A DNA stretch of 64,000 nt from positions 5,120-69,119 of the IMG/VR virus record IMGVR_UViG_3300037427_002598, one strand, 5' to 3'. This stretch comes from a virus. This document shows positions 18,548-26,364 of the stretch, piece after piece (position 1 is the stretch's first letter; every line of letters starts with the position of its first letter). The position numbers and the translations under genes are program-made. The notes below the pieces were generated by a model. That model saw only the letters and a program-made list of their open reading frames with translations, had not been told where the DNA came from and ran no database searches.

Positions 18548-20098
18548 ATGTCAGACTTAATAGTCAAAAATCTTAATTTTGGGCAAGAAGCCCAAAGTCA
18601 AGTATTTAAAGGAATCGATAAACTCACACAAGCTGTTAGCTCTACTTTAGGGGCTAGTGGCAAGTGTGTTTTACTAGAAGATGATAAAGGAACTCCTGTT
18701 ATTACTAAAGATGGTGTTACTGTTGCTAATTCAATTGTTTTATTAGATCCTGTAGAAAATATGGGGGCTACTCTTTTAAAAGAAGCAGCAAGAAAAACAG
18801 TTTCCGAAGCAGGTGATGGCACTACAACAGCAACAATACTTGCTCATGCTATATTAGAAGAAGCTAAAGATATTAATATTAATTCAAGAGAATTAAAAGA
18901 AGGTATTCAAAGTGCTGTTAAAAAAGTAATTAAATATTTAGAAAAAATAGCTATTCCAGTAAAAGGAGATATGATTGATCAAATAGCTACAATTTCAACT
19001 AATAATGATGCTAAGCTAGGAAAAATTATCGGGGATGCATTTAGATCTGTTGGTGAAACAGGCGTAGTAATGATGGAACATTCTTCCTTACCGGAAACAG
19101 AAGTTGAATTAGTTGACGGTGTACAATATGAAAAAGGATTGACAAATCCGCATTTTATTACTAATAAAGCAAAAAAGACCGCAGAACTAGAAAACCCCGC
19201 AGTATTACTTATAGAATCTCCAGTAGAAAATATAAGACAAATTCAATCAGTATTAGAGTATGTTATAAAGAATAATACACCTTTACTTATAATAGCAGAT
19301 GTAGAAGCTCCTGTTATGGCTACACTTGCTATGAACAAAACAAAGGGTAATATAAAAATAAATATTATAAATGCCCCTACATTTGGAGTTAACAAAAGAG
19401 AAACTTTAGATGATTTAGCAATGCTTACCGGGGCTACTGTCATAAATGAAGATCTTGGTGATGATATGGATTTAATACAACCTGAATTATTAGGTAGTTG
19501 TTTAAAATCTATAACTGATGAAAAAGATACGATTTTACAAGTTGAAGAGCAGAGTGAAACGGTTTTAAATACAATAGAAACTGTTAAAGAAGAATTAGCC
19601 AATAAACCTAATCCAGCTCATTTAATAAGACTTGAGAAAAGATTAGCTAGATTATCAGCAAAAATTGCAATAGTAAAAGTTGGGGCAAATTCTGATATAG
19701 AACTAAAAGAAAAATCGGATAGAATAGAAGATGCTATTTGTGCGACAAAAGCCGCTATAAAAGAAGGAATTGTTCCAGGAGGTGGAATAGCGTTATTAAA
19801 CGCGGCAACTAATATAAAAGAAAATAATAAAGCAGAAGAAGTATTAACAAAAGCAATTTTATCACCGTTTACAACTATTTTAGATAATGCGGGTATTAAA
19901 GTTAAACTTCCTACTGAAACAGGAATTGGGATAAATGTAGTAAGCGGTAAAGAAGTAAATATGCAAAAGGCTGGTATTATTGATCCATTACTGGTTACTA
20001 AAAGTGCCCTTATAAACGCCGCTTCAGTAGCTACTACAATATTGTCGACAGATTGTGTAATCAATAATTTAAGAATTGATGAAAGCAATAGGAAATAA
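18548..20098 (+). CDS. groL: Chaperonin GroEL (group I), phage-encoded
   Basis: ITKDGVTVA, AGDGTTTAT, EKRLARLS, EGIVPGGG and GIIDP motifs; lacks the C-terminal GGM tail. Confidence 0.96.
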   Translation: MSDLIVKNLNFGQEAQSQVFKGIDKLTQAVSSTLGASGKCVLLEDDKGTPVITKDGVTVANSIVLLDPVENMGATLLKEAARKTVSEAGDGTTTATILAHAILEEAKDININSRELKEGIQSAVKKVIKYLEKIAIPVKGDMIDQIATISTNNDAKLGKIIGDAFRSVGETGVVMMEHSSLPETEVELVDGVQYEKGLTNPHFITNKAKKTAELENPAVLLIESPVENIRQIQSVLEYVIKNNTPLLIIADVEAPVMATLAMNKTKGNIKINIINAPTFGVNKRETLDDLAMLTGATVINEDLGDDMDLIQPELLGSCLKSITDEKDTILQVEEQSETVLNTIETVKEELANKPNPAHLIRLEKRLARLSAKIAIVKVGANSDIELKEKSDRIEDAICATKAAIKEGIVPGGGIALLNAATNIKENNKAEEVLTKAILSPFTTILDNAGIKVKLPTETGIGINVVSGKEVNMQKAGIIDPLLVTKSALINAASVATTILSTDCVINNLRIDESNRK

Positions 20099-20339
20099 TA
20101 TTATTATAAAACCTGAAAAAGTATCTACACAAAAAACTAAAGGTGGATTGCTTATAATAGAAAAAGATAGAGAAGATATTAGATATCAACAAGGAACGAT
20201 TGTTTCAGTAAGTAATGAAATAAAATTTCTTAAAGAAAAAGACGTAATATTTTACGATAAGCATGCTGGGCATGGAATTGAATTTAATAAAGAAAAATTT
20301 ACTATAATTAAAATACAAGATGTTGTTGTGGTTTTATGA
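20076..20339 (+). CDS. groS: Co-chaperonin GroES
   Basis: KAIGNNIIIKP...KTKGGLLI mobile loop, GTIVSV, KEKDVIFY...G; overlaps the end of groEL. Confidence 0.9.
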   Translation: MMKAIGNNIIIKPEKVSTQKTKGGLLIIEKDREDIRYQQGTIVSVSNEIKFLKEKDVIFYDKHAGHGIEFNKEKFTIIKIQDVVVVL

Positions 20340-20788
20340 GAAAATTAAACGCAGCAGATATAAAAAAATTAAATTTATTAAAACATTATCGATTAATAAG
20401 AAAGTGGGCTTGTAGAAATAATAATTTAAATGATGCCGATTTAGAATTACTTATTTATTTTGATTGTATGGAGTTATTTACTAAGCAAGACTTTAAAGTC
20501 GGTACTTATGCATATAGTTGGGACAACAGACGCTGGAACAAAATGATAAAAAACAACTGGATTGTGGTTTGGAGAAATCGAAACAGAACAAGTCAAAAGT
20601 ATAATATCTATAAAGTTTCTTTCAAGTGTAAACAACTAATTGCTAGAATGTACCGAATTATGCTAGGAGAAGAAGATGTTCCCACAAGTAAAAGAAGAAA
20701 TTCAATTATGCATGGAAAAACTTATACAGATAAAGTTTTAATAACAGCTATTAAAAATGTTAACAAAGATAAAAATAGATATGAATAA
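20336..20788 (+). CDS. Hypothetical basic protein (possible winged-helix DNA-binding)
   Basis: 150 aa, LNDADLELLIYF helix and a late beta-hairpin; coupled to groES by ATGA overlap. Confidence 0.55.
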   Translation: MRKLNAADIKKLNLLKHYRLIRKWACRNNNLNDADLELLIYFDCMELFTKQDFKVGTYAYSWDNRRWNKMIKNNWIVVWRNRNRTSQKYNIYKVSFKCKQLIARMYRIMLGEEDVPTSKRRNSIMHGKTYTDKVLITAIKNVNKDKNRYE

Positions 20789-21641
20789 AAGTCCATTAAA
20801 TCATAACCAACCCAGAGGTAATAATAATCCCAATGCTTTAAACAACGTACGAACTTTAGCTAAAAAAGGAGGTATACATGGTGCGGCAAGAAGAATTCGA
20901 GCTTTACAACAAAGTGGAGGTGATGCTATTAATAATGCAAATGCAATGCAAAATGAGGCTTTAAATAATGTAGAAAACACTGGTGTAGTTAATCCTATTG
21001 ATATACAAAAAAATCAAGTAGCTGAAGCAAGTGGTTTAACAGCTTTAACAGAAGGACCGGCAAGTGCAGGGTCATCAATTATTCCACAAAAACCAGGCAC
21101 TTTAGCTGATCAACAATATAATACTATCTTAGGAGGTTTAGGTAGTAATTCAAGTTTTGCAAATAAAAGTCCATTAAAATTAGCTGAGGTTAATTCTAAA
21201 GATTTTAGTGAATATGGAGGTTCTTATAGTCAAGGAGGAGATCAAGGAGTTTTTTCCCCTGATAGTGATAACGATGGTATTAGTGATGATACAGAAGCTG
21301 TTGTAGATACGGCTAATTCTTTATCTCAAAATGCTTATAATATAATATCTAGTGCGCAAAATAATAAAGGAAAAGAAAAAACCACTAGAAAACAACGTAT
21401 TCAATCAAAAATAGATTCAACTGATAATCCTGCTAAGAAAGAAAGAATGAAAGGAAGATTAGAGAGAATTAATATGAGACAAGAAGGAAGAGCTGCTAGG
21501 GGTGAGAAAAAAAATGAACTTAAAGGTAAGTTTGTACAAGGTATACAGGATTTTAAAAATAAACTCTGGGACGTTGAAGTAAATGATGAAACTGAAGAAA
21601 TACATCAACGTGATTTAAATAAAAGCTTGGGTAAAATATAA
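20781..21641 (+). CDS. Low-complexity protein with two NKSPL tags (putative internal head protein)
   Basis: Likely start MNKSPLNH at 20781; second NKSPL with an exact 17-nt repeat (AATAAAAGTCCATTAAA) at about 20784 and 21162. Confidence 0.65.
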   Translation: MNKSPLNHNQPRGNNNPNALNNVRTLAKKGGIHGAARRIRALQQSGGDAINNANAMQNEALNNVENTGVVNPIDIQKNQVAEASGLTALTEGPASAGSSIIPQKPGTLADQQYNTILGGLGSNSSFANKSPLKLAEVNSKDFSEYGGSYSQGGDQGVFSPDSDNDGISDDTEAVVDTANSLSQNAYNIISSAQNNKGKEKTTRKQRIQSKIDSTDNPAKKERMKGRLERINMRQEGRAARGEKKNELKGKFVQGIQDFKNKLWDVEVNDETEEIHQRDLNKSLGKI

Positions 21642-21658
21642 TATTAAAGAACAATAAC

Positions 21659-21901
21659 ATGAAAAGTAATTCACCATTTTTAAAAAAGACTATTTCAGAA
21701 ATAAGGGAAGAACCAGGTATGTCAAATGCTGGTAAATATCCTAATGTAAAAAAATCAGATTTTTGTGGTCCTAAAGGAACATATCCTGTTAATACAGTAG
21801 AAAGAGCAAAATCAGCACTTAAATTAGCTCATAATGCTAAAAATCCTGGAAAAGTTAAAGCTTGTGTATACAGAAAGTATCCAGAGCTAAAAGATGACTA
21901 A
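21659..21901 (+). CDS. Small basic protein, SPF tag plus YPVNT..RA.SAL module
   Basis: MKSNSPFLKK; FCGPKGTYPVNTVERAKSALKLAH resembles modules in phage head-associated proteins. Confidence 0.65.
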   Translation: MKSNSPFLKKTISEIREEPGMSNAGKYPNVKKSDFCGPKGTYPVNTVERAKSALKLAHNAKNPGKVKACVYRKYPELKDD

Positions 21902-21969
21902 TGAGTAGTTATCTAATTGCTGGTATAATTATATTTTTATTTATAATTATATTAGAGAATGCACTATAA
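21901..21969 (+). CDS. 22-aa hydrophobic peptide
   Basis: MSSYLIAGIIIFLFIIILENAL; TAATG coupling to the upstream stop. Confidence 0.4.
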   Translation: MSSYLIAGIIIFLFIIILENAL

Positions 21970-21986
21970 CAATAAAAAAAATCATC

Positions 21987-22211
21987 ATGCACGAAGATAA
22001 AGCATATAATAAAGCAAGTAAACAAAAAAAAGTTGGTATTGTTGGAGAATCTCATATATGGGATGGTCCTTTAAACCAAGTAGGAAGAATCCATCAAGTT
22101 GGATCTAGTTCAGGTATAAAAGGTATGCAAGTATCTAAATACCCAAACTCTAAAGTGGATATGCAAGTAAAATATCCAATTACCGCTATTGCGCAAGGTA
22201 AAAAAATATAA
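21987..22211 (+). CDS. Small basic hypothetical protein
   Basis: 74 aa; contains the GPLNQ variant of the SPL tag. Confidence 0.6.
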   Translation: MHEDKAYNKASKQKKVGIVGESHIWDGPLNQVGRIHQVGSSSGIKGMQVSKYPNSKVDMQVKYPITAIAQGKKI

Positions 22212-22242
22212 AAACAAGTAATAAATCATTATAAGTATTAAT

Positions 22243-22569
22243 ATGGAAAAAGGACATTTTGGAGAATATTCTGGCAACGCTAGACATTCTCGTACACCAG
22301 TAACTAAACATAATGTACATGCTGCAGAACGAGATGATGCTGCACATATAGATTATCTTAAAAGAGATGTTCTTTGGGATGATAAGCATGGACATAGTGA
22401 TATCGATATGACAGCTGATGAAAAACATATATCTAAATTAGCTGGAGATATGAAATACGACAAAAAACATCATTCACCTTTACATAAGGAAGGAGACTGG
22501 AGAAAAGACCTTAAGAAAAAACAAGTAGGGACAAATCCTGATGGTACAAAATATAAAATTAAGGACTAA
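22243..22569 (+). CDS. His/Asp/Lys-rich protein with SPL tag
   Basis: 108 aa; internal repeat DAAHIDYLKRDV / DEKHISKLAGDM; HHSPLHKEG. Confidence 0.65.
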   Translation: MEKGHFGEYSGNARHSRTPVTKHNVHAAERDDAAHIDYLKRDVLWDDKHGHSDIDMTADEKHISKLAGDMKYDKKHHSPLHKEGDWRKDLKKKQVGTNPDGTKYKIKD

Positions 22570-22640
22570 TAAAACAGAATAGAACTGTATAAATCTAACC
22601 AAAACAAAACCAATAACAACAACAAAAACAATAACAAAAA

Positions 22641-22991
22641 ATGGCAAAATTTATAAAATTTAACATTACTGCAACTGATGTTGCAAATGCACCTAAATCT
22701 GTACTTATCCCTTTGGATGATATTACAGGAGTAGTTGTACAAGCTAATAATGTATTAGACATTCACTGTGTTGGAGCTCACGCGGCTACTCAATTATGGA
22801 AATGTACTCCTACAACTGATCAAGGAGGTTCTGCTGCACCAACTATTACTGACGGAGATTCAGTTTATGATGCACTTATATCAGCTATGACAGCTAACCC
22901 AGGTGGTGTTGCTTCAAGTGTAATTTTAGGAAAAGATCAAGCAGCTACTCCAGTTCAAATGTATTGGAGATCTGTAGCATTTACTGCATAA
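22641..22991 (+). CDS. Putative structural protein
   Basis: 116 aa, A/T/V-rich; long A/C-rich leader suggests strong translation. Confidence 0.6.
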   Translation: MAKFIKFNITATDVANAPKSVLIPLDDITGVVVQANNVLDIHCVGAHAATQLWKCTPTTDQGGSAAPTITDGDSVYDALISAMTANPGGVASSVILGKDQAATPVQMYWRSVAFTA

Positions 22992-23001
22992 TAATTAGTT
23001 G

Positions 23002-23163
23002 ATGAAATCACGAGGATTAGGCGATTCTATTGAAAAGTTTACTACTAAAACAGGTATTAAGACCATCGTGGATTCGGTCTCCGAAGGTCTTAATATTCCT
23101 TGTGGATGTCAACAAAGAAAAGATGCACTAAATAAAATGTTTCCATATTCAACAAAAAAATAA
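23002..23163 (+). CDS. Small GLGD...CGC...RK..LN protein (53 aa)
   Basis: Manual translation MKSRGLGDSIEKFTTKTGIKTIVDSVSEGLNIPCGCQQRKDALNKMFPYSTKK; TAATG-coupled to the next gene; below the track cutoff. Confidence 0.7.
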   Translation: MKSRGLGDSIEKFTTKTGIKTIVDSVSEGLNIPCGCQQRKDALNKMFPYSTKK

Positions 23164-23489
23164 TGGCTTTTAAACTAAATACTCCTCCTTACGTAGCAAC
23201 AGCTCCAGTTCATGAGATTGATATGGAAGATGGTGTACTTGGTAAAGCTGATAAAAATGGAAACATATTAATTAATAATAAAATAACAGATTCTAAACAA
23301 AGACAAGAAGTTATTAATCATGAACAAGTTCATATTAATGATATTCAATCTGGTCTTTTATATTATGATGATGAAAACGTATATAGTCGTAAATCAGTAA
23401 ATGATAAATGGCAAATTCATTCTCGAGCTAATATGAAAGAAGGTAGTAAGTCTTTGAGTTGGGAGAAAAAAGCACATAAACATTCATAA
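23163..23489 (+). CDS. Small zincin-type metallopeptidase (HExxH)
   Basis: GVLGKA...ILIN...VINHEQVH and a downstream WEKKA Glu as candidate third ligand. Confidence 0.72.
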   Translation: MAFKLNTPPYVATAPVHEIDMEDGVLGKADKNGNILINNKITDSKQRQEVINHEQVHINDIQSGLLYYDDENVYSRKSVNDKWQIHSRANMKEGSKSLSWEKKAHKHS

Positions 23490-23501
23490 AAAACAAATAA
23501 A

Positions 23502-23882
23502 ATGGGAAAAGGTAAAAAAATGGCTGGTGGTTCATTCATGAGTAAACATGCTAAAAATCTATTGAACTATATGCCTATTGATGACAGAGCTGGTTCAGGT
23601 TCAGATTCAGATTTAAATTATAATGGTAGTCCGTTACATGATAAAGGGCATGGGGGCGCAGAAGGTCATACACACTCTACTATGTCAAATGTAAAAAATT
23701 ATATTCAAAATAGTTCATTTAATAATTTTAGAATAAAAGGTGGAGGAGACTTACAAAGTCAAAGACGCCCTGCAAACACAAAACCTTTTGGAGAAAGTCG
23801 ACAACAAAAATTCAACAGAGAAGAAACGCGAAAAAAGAATTTAGCTCGTAAAGCTGAAATAAATGCTTTAAAAAAAGGATAA
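23502..23882 (+). CDS. Basic low-complexity protein with SPL tag
   Basis: G/K/H-rich; NGSPLHDKGH. Confidence 0.6.
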   Translation: MGKGKKMAGGSFMSKHAKNLLNYMPIDDRAGSGSDSDLNYNGSPLHDKGHGGAEGHTHSTMSNVKNYIQNSSFNNFRIKGGGDLQSQRRPANTKPFGESRQQKFNREETRKKNLARKAEINALKKG

Positions 23883-23888
23883 AAATAA

Positions 23889-24308
23889 ATGAGTAAAAAA
23901 AAAGCCTTTAAAGATACAGGTGTAGGTAAATTTCTTATTGAAAAAGCACCTAATATCTTAGGTATTGTTGGAGATGCAATATTACCAGGTAACGTTATTT
24001 CAGAATTAATAACAGGTAATAAAGATTTATCTACTGAAGATAAAGAAGTTGCTTTACAAAAACTAACAATAGAAAGGGCTGAAATTGATGGAACAACAAG
24101 GCGGTGGGTCGCGGATGCTCGTTCAGGGGCGTGGCTTGCTGCTAATGTTCGTCCATTAACTTTAATATTTTTAACAATTAGTTACGTAGTAGGATGGTAT
24201 TTACACTATCCACTTGACTCTATAACTGGACTTCTTTCTATAGTAATAGGAGGTTATTTTGGTTCTCGTGGAGTTGAAAAAGTATTCGGAAACAATAAAC
24301 ATAAATAA
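23889..24308 (+). CDS. Holin (GTA 3TM-holin-like)
   Basis: RWVAD...WLAANVRPLTL followed by TM helices and GGYFGSRGVEK. Confidence 0.75.
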   Translation: MSKKKAFKDTGVGKFLIEKAPNILGIVGDAILPGNVISELITGNKDLSTEDKEVALQKLTIERAEIDGTTRRWVADARSGAWLAANVRPLTLIFLTISYVVGWYLHYPLDSITGLLSIVIGGYFGSRGVEKVFGNNKHK

Positions 24309-24314
24309 ATAAAA

Positions 24315-25025
24315 ATGGGATTTTATCAAAAAAATTTAAGCGATGGGTCTACTCATGCTGTAGCAATTGAAACGGTTGCTACATTAAGGGCTCCTGGAGC
24401 TTCAGCAGATGGTATACCTGTAGGGCAATTTACAGATACTACTGCAAATATAGCTGCAACCGCTCAAGTTGTTACGGCATATGCTTCTGGAGGTACTTTT
24501 TTAGGTTCAGCTGCTAATGTTCAAAATAAACAATGGGGTGCATATTATACTATTGAAGCAGATGGTACAGGAGCTATAACAAAAGTAAGAGTTGTACAAA
24601 CACGACCTGATGGATTAAATCAAGGAGCTGCACCAGGTGCACCTGCTAATCCAGGAGCTGGTCCAAATATGGCGGTTGCTACACAAACAATTATTTTTAG
24701 CGCATCAGATTTAAATACAGCTTTTGGCCAAACTAATATAACAGGTACATTAGAAATAGCTTTAGCTGGTACTGATCTTCAAGCACCAACAACCGGTGCT
24801 GATGCTGGTACAAACGCAATATATGAAGCAGACCCGGGTTATAGTGGTTTTGGATTATATGTAGGCGGTACAGGTGATATTAAATTAGAATTTGCTGCTG
24901 CTCCACCAAATCAAACAGTAACAATACAAAGTATTCCAGCAGGAACTACTTTAAATATGCTAGTAAGAAAAGTATACACAAATGATGGTACTACAACTGC
25001 ATCAGAAATGGTTGCATTATATTAA
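24315..25025 (+). CDS. Structural protein with head spike-base-like C-terminal domain
   Basis: LYVGGTGDIKL...IPAGT.L..LVRKVY...TTASEMVALY resembles the RcGTA Rcc01079 spike-base family. Confidence 0.6.
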   Translation: MGFYQKNLSDGSTHAVAIETVATLRAPGASADGIPVGQFTDTTANIAATAQVVTAYASGGTFLGSAANVQNKQWGAYYTIEADGTGAITKVRVVQTRPDGLNQGAAPGAPANPGAGPNMAVATQTIIFSASDLNTAFGQTNITGTLEIALAGTDLQAPTTGADAGTNAIYEADPGYSGFGLYVGGTGDIKLEFAAAPPNQTVTIQSIPAGTTLNMLVRKVYTNDGTTTASEMVALY

Positions 25026-25052
25026 TAATTAAATTAAATTAAATTAACTCTA

Positions 25053-25322
25053 ATGAAAAAAGAAGAAAAAGAATTAAAAGTTACAGAAGAACAACTATCA
25101 AAAATTAAACAATCACAAGAAGATATTGCTACATTATTAAGAGATGTAGGGTTTTTAGAAACACAAAAACACGCTATATTACATAAATATGCAGGTGTAG
25201 TACAGGATTCAGAAAACTACAAAGCAGAATTAGAAAAAGAATATGGTGCAATAAATGTTAATCTTGAAGATGGTAGTTATACTATAATAAAGACTGAAGA
25301 TAAAGATAAAGATAGTGAGTAA
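25053..25322 (+). CDS. Coiled-coil hypothetical protein
   Basis: 89 aa; LEKEYGAINVNLEDGSY C-terminus. Confidence 0.65.
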   Translation: MKKEEKELKVTEEQLSKIKQSQEDIATLLRDVGFLETQKHAILHKYAGVVQDSENYKAELEKEYGAINVNLEDGSYTIIKTEDKDKDSE

Positions 25323-25542
25323 CATTATAAGAAAAATCAGTGTTGGACCTGATTATAAAAATGATGCTATGCACTATGCCGTAGGGCAACAAGTGTATGG
25401 TGGTCATACTATTTCTCATATTTTAAATAATGAAGAAGAACAATCTTATAATATTTTTATTAAAAAAGATAATGAAGTTTTGCCTTGGAAAAAATTTAAT
25501 TCTAATATGGCTATTTCAGTAGAATATGATTTAGAATATTAA
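25315..25542 (+). CDS. Hypothetical protein
   Basis: 75 aa with GTG start overlapping the upstream gene; IIRKISVGPDYKNDAMHY. Confidence 0.65.
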   Translation: MSNIIRKISVGPDYKNDAMHYAVGQQVYGGHTISHILNNEEEQSYNIFIKKDNEVLPWKKFNSNMAISVEYDLEY

Positions 25543-26147
25543 TGAATAGTATTTATCAATTTATTATAAAACCTATTGGTGAAAGATATAAAAATAAAAT
25601 AAACATAGAAGGAAAAGAACTTTTAGTAAATACTAGTATATCTAATCATAAATTTATAAATAGAGAAGCTGAAGTAATAAGTATTCCACTTAATTATAAA
25701 GGTAATATAATAAAAGGAGATAAAGTTATAGTTCATCATAATTTATTTAGAAGATATTATAATGTAAAAGGTAAATCAGTAAATAGTAGTAAGTATTTTA
25801 AAGATGAATTATATTTTGCTATACCTTCTCAAATATATTTATATAATAAAAATAATGAATGGTGCACACATGAAAATTTTTGTTTTGTTAAACCAATTAT
25901 AAAAAATAGTAAGTTTAAGAAAGAAAAATTACAAAAGCATAAAGGAATACTAAAATTTGGTAATAATACCTTAGAGGCACTTCAAATTACTCCTGGGGAT
26001 GTAGTAGGGTTTAAACCCAATAGAGAGTTTGAGTTTATTATAAATAATGAACTTTTATATTGTATGGAATCTAATGATATTGTAATTAAATATGAACACG
26101 AAACAAACCAAGAAGAGTATAATCCAAGCTGGGCAAAAAGCTGTTGA
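25542..26147 (+). CDS. Tandem GroES-like domain protein
   Basis: Two repeats of a GroES-like pattern: FIIKP...EVISIP...IIKGDKVIV and FCFVKP...GILKFG...ITPGDVVGF...LYCMESNDIV. Confidence 0.6.
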   Translation: MNSIYQFIIKPIGERYKNKINIEGKELLVNTSISNHKFINREAEVISIPLNYKGNIIKGDKVIVHHNLFRRYYNVKGKSVNSSKYFKDELYFAIPSQIYLYNKNNEWCTHENFCFVKPIIKNSKFKKEKLQKHKGILKFGNNTLEALQITPGDVVGFKPNREFEFIINNELLYCMESNDIVIKYEHETNQEEYNPSWAKSC

Positions 26148-26364
26148 AGAATTAATTAAAGTAGCTAAAGAAAAAATAGTTGATTCAGAAGATGATGTTT
26201 CAGCTGATAGATTAAAAAATGCTGCAGCTACAAAAAAATTAGCTATTTTTGATGCTTTTGAGATTTTAACACGTATAGAAGAGGAAGAAAATATGTTAAA
26301 AGAAATAAAAGATGAAAACCGCGGAAATAATTTTAAAGGTTTTGCAGAAGGTAGATCAAAATGA
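26092..26364 (+). CDS. Putative terminase small subunit
   Basis: 90-aa helical protein directly upstream of and coupled to terL. Confidence 0.55.
   Translation: MNTKQTKKSIIQAGQKAVEELIKVAKEKIVDSEDDVSADRLKNAAATKKLAIFDAFEILTRIEEEENMLKEIKDENRGNNFKGFAEGRSK

Noticed and set aside
18598-20088. Antisense ORFs inside groEL, and similar ones in fibres, terL, nrdA and the giant gene
   Set aside because: In-register antisense frames of well-supported genes, with no leader or protein-like features.
24088-24159. GC-rich patch with a 23-codon +1 ORF in the holin gene
   Set aside because: Too short and explained by Arg/Trp/Ala/Gly codons of the conserved holin motif.
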